From a virus: DNA of 44,828 bases. The stretch's first letter is position 1, and each line of letters starts with the position of its first letter. The position numbers were made by a program, and so were the translations under genes. Shown here in pieces: positions 31,451-41,315 of this stretch. The notes under the pieces are model-generated. The model did not search any database. It worked only from the letters and a program-made list of their open reading frames with translations, and was not told the DNA's origin. Where the stretch lies: IMG/VR virus record IMGVR_UViG_3300048615_000030, positions 1 to 44,828 of that record, one strand, 5' to 3'.

Positions 31451-32221
31451 TTAGAGCACCTTCCCAGCGTCGAGCATCGCCGACGGTTTCGGCACGTCCC
31501 TGGGCGCCTCTCGTAACTGTGTGGGAGACACGGCCGGAGTCTTGCTGATCTCCGGGATCGAGCGGCCTTCAAAGTAGTTTTGGGCGATCCAGCCAGTGTC
31601 GAACGACACGTGCACATGGTCATAGTGAGATTCGGACTGCCAGCGGACAAACGACGTGAACGGCTGGACTACAAGCCAATCCCTCAAGGCGTCCAACTCT
31701 TCCTTCTCGCCGAAAAAGTCGATAGCTCCGCCGCTGTAATGGTCCGAGTTTCCCGACGGACCACCCGGAGCCTTATGAGACGCCTGCGGAGCCCGCAAAT
31801 GACCCGCCGAACCCTGCGCGGACACCCCGAACAGTTCCTCGATCTTCGGGGCTATCCCCACAGCGAAATCCTTGCGGGCCTGATACAACGGATTGTTCCG
31901 GTTCACATAGTTGTTCGGAGCTTCACCACTCCTAAACCAGTCTCGTCCCTTCCCGTCTTTTCCTGCGCCGGTGGCGGGTTGAAGGTTCGACAGGTCAACC
32001 ATCGACATGTCCTCAGTGGAGGCTTTCGCCCAGACCGTCGGATCGAACCAGTCGAACTGGGACACTTCCGGTAGGAACTCGTCGGGAATGACCCCCTCCA
32101 GTGGATTGTCCGCTTCGGGAAGAAGATCACGCGGGTCGGTTCTTAGCCCGCCTGCCATCTTCCGGGACAGATCGTCGAAGATGCCGGTGAGAGTGGAATC
32201 GAGGTCAGGTCGAGTCGTCAT
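31451..32221 (-). CDS. LAS-family (M15 / VanY-like) zinc peptidase; likely virion-associated peptidoglycan hydrolase.
   Basis: SDHYSGGAIDF fits SxHxxGxAxD, and ESHYDHVHVS supplies the second His cluster. ATGA overlap upstream. Confidence 0.6.
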   Translation of the reverse strand: MTTRPDLDSTLTGIFDDLSRKMAGGLRTDPRDLLPEADNPLEGVIPDEFLPEVSQFDWFDPTVWAKASTEDMSMVDLSNLQPATGAGKDGKGRDWFRSGEAPNNYVNRNNPLYQARKDFAVGIAPKIEELFGVSAQGSAGHLRAPQASHKAPGGPSGNSDHYSGGAIDFFGEKEELDALRDWLVVQPFTSFVRWQSESHYDHVHVSFDTGWIAQNYFEGRSIPEISKTPAVSPTQLREAPRDVPKPSAMLDAGKVL

Positions 32222-33543
32222 CCGATCAACCCTGACATGTTCCGCAGAGACGCGAATACGTTGGTCGCATTGCGAATCTGATCCTCCTGGCCTTCAATGA
32301 AATCCATTTCCGGGGCGAACCGACGGTCGAACGATTGGAGAAACCGGGCCTGCGGATCTACACCCTGGACAGATCCCGGTTGGACAACCTCGCCTGTTTC
32401 CAACCCCTGCTCCTGAGCGTTGAATTCGGCTCGCATCGCAGCGACCTCAGCCTCATATTTCGACCGGAACGCGCCGGACATGGCCCCCGTCAGTTCGCCC
32501 ATCTCCTCATCGGTCGGCTTCCTGCCCAGCTTCTGGCGCATGACCGACTTCACGTCCTGAGCTAATCCCGCATAGTCCGGTTTGATGAACGCGGGCGCTT
32601 GGAACTGTTTCGCCAGTTTCGCCGCATTCCTGGCTTCCTTCACCGATTCGGGCACGTTCGCGATCAGATCCTTCAACTGGTCTTCCCACGTTTGACCGGA
32701 AGCGTTCGCCATGCCCATCACCGCTTGCATCGCACCCGCCGTCGCCTGATCCCACACGCCCGCATAAAAATCGCCGTCCGAGAGTTGACCGGCCTGCTCC
32801 AACTGGCGTTGCAGTTCCACAATCCGCTCCGGAGGCATTCCCGCCCGCTGCCACTCATCCCCGATGAAATAGCGGGGGACAACCTCCGTCGACCGGGTAG
32901 GAGTGCCCAACCCTCGAGCCTGCCGATACTTCTCTAATCCTTCGCCGGCGGGTATCTCCTCGTCGCGTACCGCCGTGAACCCTTCCGGCACTCCGATAGC
33001 ACCCTGAGTCCAATCCGAAATCTGCTGTTCAAGAAGCTCCTCAACAGACGGAGCGTTCGGATCGGGCGGTAGTTGAACGGTCGACCCGTCGGGCATAGTG
33101 ACCGGCTGAGCGCCAGACGCAGCCTGTTGAGCTTCTTCGATGATCGACTGGACTTCTTCCGTTGAAACTCCGGCACGTTCGGCGGCCTGGTCGAGACGGT
33201 TCAACAGGTTCGCCGGAATCCGCCCGCCCGCCGACGCCAATCCTGCCGCCGTGCGCGATTGAGGGGTTCCCCCGCCACGCAATCGTCCCGGACCCAACGG
33301 ATCAGAAGTCCGGCCAGGACCGAAATCTGCCGGATCGTCTATCGACCGTGCCTGACGGACCCGGCCGGTACGATCAGCGATCTTGGATACGACTGCAGCC
33401 GCCCGTTCCAACCAGACTTCATCGCCGCCGCCCTTAGTCCCCTGGAAGACGCCTATCGCCTCGTTCAACTGGTCAGCGTCTATCTCTTCGACCGGCAGAG
33501 TTTCAGCCTTACGAATGAACGCTTTCGCCTGAGCGAGAGTCAT
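32218..33543 (-). CDS. Virion-internal protein (hypothetical).
   Basis: Start taken at ATG 33543 (MTLAQAKAF...), in an ATGA overlap with the stop of the 1475-aa gene. Confidence 0.4.
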   Translation of the reverse strand: MTLAQAKAFIRKAETLPVEEIDADQLNEAIGVFQGTKGGGDEVWLERAAAVVSKIADRTGRVRQARSIDDPADFGPGRTSDPLGPGRLRGGGTPQSRTAAGLASAGGRIPANLLNRLDQAAERAGVSTEEVQSIIEEAQQAASGAQPVTMPDGSTVQLPPDPNAPSVEELLEQQISDWTQGAIGVPEGFTAVRDEEIPAGEGLEKYRQARGLGTPTRSTEVVPRYFIGDEWQRAGMPPERIVELQRQLEQAGQLSDGDFYAGVWDQATAGAMQAVMGMANASGQTWEDQLKDLIANVPESVKEARNAAKLAKQFQAPAFIKPDYAGLAQDVKSVMRQKLGRKPTDEEMGELTGAMSGAFRSKYEAEVAAMRAEFNAQEQGLETGEVVQPGSVQGVDPQARFLQSFDRRFAPEMDFIEGQEDQIRNATNVFASLRNMSGLIG

Positions 33544-36500
33544 GTCACCACCTCGTCGTCGGCGAGTTCCCGTTCGAACACCATCATCCACGACCGTGCG
33601 AAGTCAGGGTGTTCCTCGATGATCTGCTTCGCCACGCTCCGCAACCACGCTCGGATCGGAGCAGCAGACTTCGCCTGCTGGTATCTCCGAGTGTTCCCGG
33701 GGAGTTGGACGACCATCTGATTCGCCGCGTCAATCGCCGACAGGTACTTGCGTATCCCCTGACCTGCGTCCGTCTGCGCCAGCGAGGGAGTCAGGACCGC
33801 TGAACGTAGTTCTGCTATCAGCTCGTCGGGTTTCGGCTTCTTCTCCCAGATCGAACGGGAAACCCAACCGTCGAACCCTGAATACTGGTCGGCGATCATT
33901 TGACGGACTTGAGCGAGCCACAGTGACGATTCCGGACCAGGTCGGGCAGCGGCGATCTGTTTCGCCTGTTCGAACTGGACCCGACCGAGGAAATCGTTAG
34001 CAAGATCCAACTGTTCCTCCGGGCTGACACCTTCCCTCGCGCCGGTTTCGAACGAACGCACGTACGCCGTATAGTCGAACTCGCCTACCGCTGGTTCGGG
34101 AGCTAGGAAGCCGATAGTGGAAGGGAAGTCTCGCTCCTCCTCAGCGTGAGCTCGAAGCCACGCATCCCCTTTTTCGGTGACGGGACGTTCCACAATCGCA
34201 GTCGACTTTCCGACAATCGACAGGACATTGTTCACGCCGTACCGTTTCACCCACTCGTTGAAAGCGGCCGTCCGATCCCCCCCATACTCCTCCGTCAACG
34301 CACGCATGTCGTCGGATAGGAGTTTCACCGGGACGACGTTGCCTTGGACGTCCTGCGTGTTCCACGAGAACGACGGGCCGGTCGGAACGACAGACTGAGC
34401 AGCACCACGGATCACATACAAGATTTTCGCTTTCGCAGTGGCATCGTCGAGAAGCTGCTGCTGACCCTCCGCAGAGGACGTGTCGTATTCTCCTGTCGCG
34501 GCCAGGGCGCGCATCGTGTCCGCGACCGTATTCGCGAACAACCGGTGGGTTTGCGGATCAGGATCGGAGAACACTTCTTTCATCTTGTCCAACCAGGCCG
34601 GAGTCAACGAGTCGATAAACGACTCCTGCTCACCGAACGGCAAGAGGATTTCCCGGGCGGTATCCCAGTTGGGAGTGTTCGGAATCAGATGAGAAGCGGG
34701 AAGCTGGACGATCGGACCGAACCCCGGCAGAGTCGTAGCCGATACCACGTTGAGACCTTTCGCCATGCCGACCAGTTCCACACCCGCCCCGCCAGATCCG
34801 AGACCGAGCATTTTCGACAGGATTCCACCGCCCGGATACGAGAACACTTCTTCGCCCGTGTTCGGATCAGTATGGAAGAACCCTTCACCCGTTCCGGGAG
34901 AGGTTTCCGCTTCGCCGAGAAGGGACGGTTGGCGGGCACCCTCAAGGCCCTGCTGGAACCGTCTGATAGTGCTCGGATTCTGACGGAGAATACTCCCCCA
35001 GCTAGTGATGATCTCTTTCCACGCTTCGCCGAACGGGAAGACCAGTCGCATCATGTCGAAAAACTGGGAGCGCTTCTGCAAGTCGTACAACAGTTTCTTC
35101 GTCTCCGACAGGGCAAAGCTCTTAGCGAGAACGTCGACATCGTCCAGGCTGGCAAGCCGACTCCCTTGACCTTTCGTCGCCCGGGACAGCATGCCCGTGA
35201 AATCCACGTTGGCGTCTTTCGCAGCGCGAATCATCGCATGCTGAGTCGCCTGATCCGCGGAACCGACGAGTTCTTCGACCCGCTGCCAGTACTTCTGACG
35301 GAATGTCGGCGACCGGGAAAGCCAGTTCGTCGGCTTCGACATGAGCGCGTCGAAAGCCCGTTCCGTCGCATTGTTCAACCTGGCAGTCGATTTCGCGCCG
35401 GCACCCAACCGCATGACCGATTCCGGAGTTTTCACATAGGACGGAGCGCCAGCCGCGAACCCGTCCTCGAGTTTCCGGGCGAGCTTTTGAGTGTGACCGA
35501 ACCCTTTCAACGACACATCATCCAATGCGCCCGTGCCGACAAGGTTCACAAGATCAGGATCTCCACCGGTGAATCGCTGCAACCGGTCGAAAAAGTTTTG
35601 ACGGAGATAACCGTCGGCTGCCTGACGGTCAGTGAGGAGAGAGGAACGGCCTTCCATATCGCCGAGCTGCTTCCGCCACTTCTGCCCGGTGCCCTTCCAC
35701 CACCATTCAGACACGTCGGCGAACATGTCGTCCGACGCTTCCCTTCCAATCGACCGTAGATCGCCGGGTTCGAGTCCTCCGGCGACACGACGCATGATCG
35801 GATCGTTCGCCTCATGCGCCAGTTCAGTTGCCCAACCCTGGTAGAAGCCCTGGTCGCCTTGACGGGCCATCACGAACCGTCCGGTCAGGACTTCGCCGGG
35901 TAGCCCCGCATGCCCTGCAGACCCCCGGCTCATCGCAGACGCATGCTCGGCGATATCATCCCAGACTTCCCCCGTCACCGACATGGTGCCCTTCGGGTCG
36001 ACAATCCTCTCCGCAGCGGAAGCCAGTCGGCGTCCCAATCGAGATTTCGGATCAACCGACAAGTTCCAGGCGATCGCCGAAAACGGGTGAGAGATCAGCG
36101 AATCGAGGCCGGAACCGGCCATGCGAACCTGTTCCTCACCCACCACCCTTACCGTGTAAGCCCCGCGGAGAAGTTGAAGCTTCTTCCACACGTTCGACAT
36201 GACCATATCCGCAAAGTCGACGGACCCCTTCCACAATCCCGACTCGTACAAGCCTTGCATCTGCTTGACGAGCGGAGTCGCCCGACGTATCTCCCTCGCG
36301 TCCGGAAGGGGAATGAAATCGTTGACCAATTCGGAAATCATGCCAGGAGTAGGCCGAACGTCGACGACAGCACCGTCCACGGTCACGCGGAGAGGGGCGA
36401 GCGTGTCAACATGGCGGCCCATATCGTCCACGTCGAACGTGTGCAGGTCGTCCGCCAGCCTCTCGTACATGGAAGTCAACGATCTGGCCCGGGCGGGTTT

Positions 36501-37967
36501 CAAACCCCAATCCGTGACCAGTAGACCTTCAGTGTCGTCCATGATCCGACGGGTCGTTTCGAACATGGCGACCGGGTCGTCCGGCTGGACGCCTGCCAGT
36601 TCGCCGATACGCCTCGCTCGAGTGGCTTCGGGGATTTGAGCGTTGACCATCCAACGGTCGAGTTGGAGGGCGGCGTCGTCGGGGTCGTGAATGTTGATCT
36701 TCTGGTTGGGCATGTCCTCGCGGAGTCTGCCCAGCCGTCCGAGGAAGCCGAGGCGAGTGTCATCGGCGCGGGCTGCTCTCGCTCCACCGCCGAGAAGCTG
36801 GCCGAACTCGTTACGGCCCGCCCTTTCGATCTGCGATGAGACGAAGCTTGCGGAAGGACGTTCCCGGACGGTCAGTCCGAGAATGTCGGAGAGGACTTGG
36901 AAGGTGGCCGACTCGTCTGTCGTGTCGGCGAGACGGCGAGCAATGTCGAGTCCGCCGGACGGCTGGCCGATAGCCTTCCACGCTGCGTACACGTCCCGGT
37001 TTTCAGTGAGAGCAGAAACGACTTTCCGACCGGGATTGGACGTGAGGAAATAGTCGACTGCGGTCGCAGTGTCGACGGTCTTGCGGACACCGGGGATCGC
37101 GCCGGGGATCGTCTGGAAAGCACGTTTCGCCTGTCGGGCGGCGCCTGCAACCTTGGCGGCCTTGTTCACAGGGTCGATGGCAATGTTCTGTACGAAGTCG
37201 TATGCGCCGGATAGGAGCTGGTATTGGCCGGTGCCGGGTTCAGCGACCTGCCGGGCCATGATCCGGCCGGGAGTGACAAACTGGCCGTCCAACTGCAACC
37301 GATATTTCGCCTTCTCCCGTTCCTCCCAAATCTCCCCGCCGGGAAGGAACCCCTGCCCCAAATCGACATGCTTACCCTGCAACAGATCGCCGAGAGCCAA
37401 GAGCCCTCCGGACCTTGCGGCCTTCTCCGTGTAGTTCGACCAGAAGTCAGCGAGCAGCCGGTCCGGACGTACAACCTCCCCGACAAGAGCACCGAGATTT
37501 CCGAGCGGGTCGGAAGCAAGCCCCAACTCTCCGGCTTCCGTCTCATCAAAGAGAGCTGTACCCGCCGACGACAAGAGCGCCTGAATCTCCTCGAACGGAG
37601 TAGCCAGGATCGTGAAGCCGGTCCGGACAGCAGGTTTCGCCCAGTCCGTCGCCGTCTTCCACAAGGTCTCATACCAGACGTCCGGCACGTCCTCCGCCGC
37701 CGTCTCAAACTTGCCGTCCTCCGCCGCCTGGCCTGCCGCCAACGTAGCGATCTGCTGCATGCCCGCACTATCAGCGGGAACACCCATTTGGACGAACGCC
37801 TGCATCGCAGCCGGGTCCAGCCACGGGTAAGCCTCCGCATACTGGCCTGCCAACTGGCCCATCTGCGGGGTAACGCTCATGCGGGTAGCGGCGAACCGTT
37901 GACGACGTTGAGAGACCTCAGTGAGAAGCTGCTCCTCGGTGTCGGGTGCAAGCCAATTCCTACTCAT
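33540..37967 (-). CDS. Giant (1475 aa) virion-associated protein; putative internal/ejection or MuF-like minor head protein.
   Basis: Uninterrupted 4.4-kb ORF between the portal and the scaffold. No motif recognised by eye. Confidence 0.45.
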   Translation of the reverse strand: MSRNWLAPDTEEQLLTEVSQRRQRFAATRMSVTPQMGQLAGQYAEAYPWLDPAAMQAFVQMGVPADSAGMQQIATLAAGQAAEDGKFETAAEDVPDVWYETLWKTATDWAKPAVRTGFTILATPFEEIQALLSSAGTALFDETEAGELGLASDPLGNLGALVGEVVRPDRLLADFWSNYTEKAARSGGLLALGDLLQGKHVDLGQGFLPGGEIWEEREKAKYRLQLDGQFVTPGRIMARQVAEPGTGQYQLLSGAYDFVQNIAIDPVNKAAKVAGAARQAKRAFQTIPGAIPGVRKTVDTATAVDYFLTSNPGRKVVSALTENRDVYAAWKAIGQPSGGLDIARRLADTTDESATFQVLSDILGLTVRERPSASFVSSQIERAGRNEFGQLLGGGARAARADDTRLGFLGRLGRLREDMPNQKINIHDPDDAALQLDRWMVNAQIPEATRARRIGELAGVQPDDPVAMFETTRRIMDDTEGLLVTDWGLKPARARSLTSMYERLADDLHTFDVDDMGRHVDTLAPLRVTVDGAVVDVRPTPGMISELVNDFIPLPDAREIRRATPLVKQMQGLYESGLWKGSVDFADMVMSNVWKKLQLLRGAYTVRVVGEEQVRMAGSGLDSLISHPFSAIAWNLSVDPKSRLGRRLASAAERIVDPKGTMSVTGEVWDDIAEHASAMSRGSAGHAGLPGEVLTGRFVMARQGDQGFYQGWATELAHEANDPIMRRVAGGLEPGDLRSIGREASDDMFADVSEWWWKGTGQKWRKQLGDMEGRSSLLTDRQAADGYLRQNFFDRLQRFTGGDPDLVNLVGTGALDDVSLKGFGHTQKLARKLEDGFAAGAPSYVKTPESVMRLGAGAKSTARLNNATERAFDALMSKPTNWLSRSPTFRQKYWQRVEELVGSADQATQHAMIRAAKDANVDFTGMLSRATKGQGSRLASLDDVDVLAKSFALSETKKLLYDLQKRSQFFDMMRLVFPFGEAWKEIITSWGSILRQNPSTIRRFQQGLEGARQPSLLGEAETSPGTGEGFFHTDPNTGEEVFSYPGGGILSKMLGLGSGGAGVELVGMAKGLNVVSATTLPGFGPIVQLPASHLIPNTPNWDTAREILLPFGEQESFIDSLTPAWLDKMKEVFSDPDPQTHRLFANTVADTMRALAATGEYDTSSAEGQQQLLDDATAKAKILYVIRGAAQSVVPTGPSFSWNTQDVQGNVVPVKLLSDDMRALTEEYGGDRTAAFNEWVKRYGVNNVLSIVGKSTAIVERPVTEKGDAWLRAHAEEERDFPSTIGFLAPEPAVGEFDYTAYVRSFETGAREGVSPEEQLDLANDFLGRVQFEQAKQIAAARPGPESSLWLAQVRQMIADQYSGFDGWVSRSIWEKKPKPDELIAELRSAVLTPSLAQTDAGQGIRKYLSAIDAANQMVVQLPGNTRRYQQAKSAAPIRAWLRSVAKQIIEEHPDFARSWMMVFERELADDEVVT

Positions 37968-38220
37968 CGTCGTCCTGGTTGACGAAGTATTGGAGGCTCA
38001 TCGTCTTGACGAACTCGGCCATTCCAACCGCATCGAGCATGTCTAAGTCATGGGTTACCACATAGTCGATTCGGGGTTGGCCTTGGCTGTTCATCGTCTT
38101 GTAGACGAGCATCGCCGACAGGGGCATAACCTCCCCCTTGACGGTGGTGCTCACTACGTCTGAAACGCATTTGAGCAGCAGGTCGGTGGTTTCGATGACT
38201 TCGGGGTCTAGGTCGCTCAT
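37960..38220 (-). CDS. Small acidic protein (86 aa).
   Basis: ATG 38220 forms an ATGA overlap with the stop at 38217. Product MSDLDPEVIETTDLLLKC...QDDDE. The longer track ORF upstream is Arg-rich and looks non-coding. Confidence 0.45.
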   Translation of the reverse strand: MSDLDPEVIETTDLLLKCVSDVVSTTVKGEVMPLSAMLVYKTMNSQGQPRIDYVVTHDLDMLDAVGMAEFVKTMSLQYFVNQDDDE

Positions 38221-38546
38221 CCTGCCGCCCTCTCCAGTAGCCGGCGGATAGCTCCAGTCCGGTCGAACCCGTTCGCCACCGCGGCACGCATGATTTCTAA
38301 TCCGTCTTCGGGGAGCATTCCCATCTGGCCGGGACCCGCACCCTCCGATGCGCCGGCCGTCAACGGTTCGCCGGGACGTTGAGACGGTCCGAAAATGTCC
38401 TGCGGTGGTGAGGGCGGGGACGACTGTGGGGGACTGCCGGTAGGCGCCCGATTGTCGGGTAGGGGGACGGCACGCTGAGCGTCCTCCTGAGCTTTCTTCG
38501 CGCCATACCGTTGTCCTGTCGGAGCAGTGACAGCCTGATAGGTCAT
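38217..38546 (-). CDS. Pro/Gly-rich hypothetical protein.
   Basis: 109-aa ORF. GGGGAGGAG lies 6 nt upstream of ATG 38546. Confidence 0.45.
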   Translation of the reverse strand: MTYQAVTAPTGQRYGAKKAQEDAQRAVPLPDNRAPTGSPPQSSPPSPPQDIFGPSQRPGEPLTAGASEGAGPGQMGMLPEDGLEIMRAAVANGFDRTGAIRRLLERAAG

Positions 38547-38565
38547 ATGTCACTCCTCCCCGAAC

Positions 38566-38787
38566 TCAACGTTTCCGTTTCGCCGGTCCACGCTTGTTCG
38601 TCCGCTGCCGTGACGACGACGACACTCCAACCGAACGGGCACGCAGTTTCGCGGCCGGTGTCAAACTCACCTTCCGTACCGGCGGAGGCGGCTTCGGAGT
38701 CGACGGGGGTCTCTCCCAGTCAGGGTCCATCGGATTGAACGGATTGGGTATCCCATTCTTCGTGCGTTTCATGCGCTTTTTAGCCAT
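38566..38787 (-). CDS. Small, highly basic, Pro-rich protein.
   Basis: 73 aa with Lys/Arg clusters at both termini (MAKKRMKRTK... and ...NKRGPAKRKR). GAAAGGAAAC lies upstream. Confidence 0.45.
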   Translation of the reverse strand: MAKKRMKRTKNGIPNPFNPMDPDWERPPSTPKPPPPVRKVSLTPAAKLRARSVGVSSSSRQRTNKRGPAKRKR

Positions 38788-38802
38788 GCGTTTCCTTTCG
38801 TC

Positions 38803-40551
38803 TCATACGCGGCTCACAGTTTGTAAGCCTGAACGTGCGCCGGAGCCTGTCAGTTGGGAGAGAACCGTTGTGATATCACCAGACGGAGGGGGAGCGCCCG
38901 CCCCGGCCATCTCCTCCTCCTCCGGGCTCATCTCATCACCGTCAGGGGTCAGCCACTTCTGATACAAGGCTTTTTCAGCGCCTTCGGGGAGAGAGTCGAC
39001 GGCGACCATCATCGCTTTCGGATCGTTCTGCGAAGCGGCCGCCAGGAGGCCCTGTTGGAGGACAGCACGCATCTGGTCGTGGATCTTCCGTTCGTTGATC
39101 CGGGGAATATCGTCCAGTCCTGAAATCTTCTCTTGCAGTGAGAGAGAGTCGATCAATCCCATGGTCATCGCCTGCCCACCTGCGACCAGTTTTCCCGGTT
39201 CGTCCAGGCCAGACATGAACCCGAACTCGCGCATCGTCCGGTACGCACCCTTAATGTCCTTCGACGGGGTATACGATTCGGTATGCGGGACGCCTAACCG
39301 CATCCCGGCCAACGGCTTGCGAGTGTCGGGGGAAACCCTCTCATCCCATTCGAGCCGTTTCGTGTCCAAATCTTGGAGGGCGTAGCGAATCACCTTCTGA
39401 TATTCGGTGACTTCCGCCGACATGCCCGCCTGTAACTCTTCGAGTCCGGCGCCGGTAGCGAAGTTCAATGGTGAATTGCCGTCGTCCTGGATGGGATAGC
39501 GGATGATGTTCCGAATGTCCCGTTCGATCCGGTTGAGACCTTCGAACGCCTGGTAGGGAATGTTCGACACGGGTCTTGACACGTTGGTTCCGGGAGCGAG
39601 TTTGTTGACGGCGTAACGGCCACGCTTGTACTGGCCGTCCATGTCGCCTGCAATGTCGGTCGGAGCGAACACGTTGTCCTGCATCGACGTCAGGTAGAGG
39701 ATTGACAGTTTCGCATGTGCGCCCATCGGACCGATCGCATGGTCGTACTGGCCGATCAGATTGTTAAACGCGTATCTCTTCGCGACAACAAAGGCGGGAG
39801 TGGAAATCGGATTCGGATGGAAGTCAACCCTCGCCTCAATCTTCGGGAGGAGAATATGCGTTCCGTCCTTGTCATAATATTCGACGAGCTCCAACCCACG
39901 GCCGGTCTGGTTCTCCCAACCCGAAGATGATGACAGGAGAATGCCGCCGCCGACCCGGTCCCGTCCTCGAGAGACAGTGGCGATCTGACTGGCGTATTTC
40001 GGATAGCGGCGTTCCGCTTCAACCGGTGAGATTCGACGGCAGATGGCGAGTTCTTCGGGCTGCTGTCTAACTCCCCACTCTCCCGGATACGCGTCGTACG
40101 GGTCTCGGAGTTGGGCGCACGGGTACACGTATCCGTCAGAAGACATTTGAGTGCTGATCGTCCACACGGAGAATCCGTATCCGGGCAGCCACCGACCGAC
40201 CTGAGGCAGTTGGAGTTCGAGGCGGTCGTATTCGTCGTAGGCGGTGACGATCCGCTCCCGTTTCTCCGCCCGCTTCCGAGGCGCCTCGTTGTCCGTGTCG
40301 TGCGGAGGCGAGACGCGGGCTTCTGGAACTTGGCCGAGCTTCTGAGCGAGCGCAGTAATACCAGAGTGGATGAAGTTCACCCACGGCAAATCCTGTACGC
40401 CGAGATTGCCCATCTGGTCGCCGAGCAATGCAGTGATAGCTCCGGGACCGCCGTCGAGAATGGAACGTATCCGATGGCGGGCATGAGAGGCGAAGTCCAT
40501 GTTCCCGCGGAGACTGGACGCGCGGAGTAGGGCGTCTTCCTGAGATTTCAT
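38803..40551 (-). CDS. Portal protein.
   Basis: 582-aa ORF, the first large structural gene after the terminase/HNH region. Called from size and position. Confidence 0.6.
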   Translation of the reverse strand: MKSQEDALLRASSLRGNMDFASHARHRIRSILDGGPGAITALLGDQMGNLGVQDLPWVNFIHSGITALAQKLGQVPEARVSPPHDTDNEAPRKRAEKRERIVTAYDEYDRLELQLPQVGRWLPGYGFSVWTISTQMSSDGYVYPCAQLRDPYDAYPGEWGVRQQPEELAICRRISPVEAERRYPKYASQIATVSRGRDRVGGGILLSSSSGWENQTGRGLELVEYYDKDGTHILLPKIEARVDFHPNPISTPAFVVAKRYAFNNLIGQYDHAIGPMGAHAKLSILYLTSMQDNVFAPTDIAGDMDGQYKRGRYAVNKLAPGTNVSRPVSNIPYQAFEGLNRIERDIRNIIRYPIQDDGNSPLNFATGAGLEELQAGMSAEVTEYQKVIRYALQDLDTKRLEWDERVSPDTRKPLAGMRLGVPHTESYTPSKDIKGAYRTMREFGFMSGLDEPGKLVAGGQAMTMGLIDSLSLQEKISGLDDIPRINERKIHDQMRAVLQQGLLAAASQNDPKAMMVAVDSLPEGAEKALYQKWLTPDGDEMSPEEEEMAGAGAPPPSGDITTVLSQLTGSGARSGLQTVSRV

Positions 40552-40988
40552 ACGACCCCCTTCCTGGCGAGGTAGCGGTGAACGGCTGCAAGGTTGCAGG
40601 CGCGACAGGCGCGACCCTGCCCGTCCGGACGAACGATGAGATTGCGGCCGCTGAACGGGTGGCCGTTTTTACAATGAGTTTGTCTCGCCTTCGCTCCGGG
40701 GCTTCCTGGCCCGCCACGCATAATGTTCTCGTAGTGTGTAACGGGATCGAGGTGGTCGGGATTCACGCATGCTCGATTCCGGCAGAGATGGTCGAGTTCC
40801 AACCCTTCGGGGATCGGACCGACCACTTGTTCGTACGCCCAACGATGAGACGAGACGATTTGACAGTCACCCGCATTGAAGGAGCCGTAACCGTCGGAAC
40901 TCTTCGCTGCGGTCCACTCCCAGCAGGCATCGTCACCTGCAAGAGTCACCTTCTCCCAGAATCGTTCATCTGCTGGTCGCCATCTCAT
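40548..40988 (-). CDS. HNH endonuclease.
   Basis: GYGSF...SHRWAYEQVVGPIPEGLELDHLCRNRACVNPDHLDPVTHYENI. ATGA overlap with the portal start. Confidence 0.75.
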   Translation of the reverse strand: MRWRPADERFWEKVTLAGDDACWEWTAAKSSDGYGSFNAGDCQIVSSHRWAYEQVVGPIPEGLELDHLCRNRACVNPDHLDPVTHYENIMRGGPGSPGAKARQTHCKNGHPFSGRNLIVRPDGQGRACRACNLAAVHRYLARKGVV

Positions 40989-40991
40989 GGG

Positions 40992-41315
40992 CTAAGCAAG
41001 ATCTCCGATGATTCGGACGGTGGCGAAATTGGTAGTCGGAAAGGTGCGGATCGTCCCGTCGGCGAAGGTGACTTCGACTTCCGCTTTGAAATGGCCGGCC
41101 GTGTCCGTGTCCGCGGCAGCCCAGTCGTAACGGACGGTTCCTGCGGTTCCGAGGACAATGTCGGCGGCTGCGTCGACTTTGACCGTCCCGGACGAGTCTT
41201 CCATGTGGAAGCGGATCGTTGCATTGGAAATGTCGACAGCATCACCGTCCGCGTCAGTACACGTAGCGGTGAACGGCGGGGCAGTATCGTTCCTCTTGAT
41301 CGTCATTGACGCCAA
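40992..41315 (-). CDS. Ig-like / BppU-N-like small structural protein.
   Basis: IKRNDTAPPF...DISNATIRFHM...VRYDWAAADTDTAGHFKAEVEVTFADGTIRTFPT. TTG start, 5 nt after GGAGGA. Confidence 0.45.
   Translation of the reverse strand: MASMTIKRNDTAPPFTATCTDADGDAVDISNATIRFHMEDSSGTVKVDAAADIVLGTAGTVRYDWAAADTDTAGHFKAEVEVTFADGTIRTFPTTNFATVRIIGDLA

Noticed and set aside
33540-37967. The 1475-aa ORF as a tape measure protein.
   Set aside because: It lies between the portal and the scaffold/capsid genes, not between tail tube/chaperone genes and distal tail genes. No tail tube, chaperone frameshift pair or sheath is visible, so it is treated as a head-internal/ejection-type protein.
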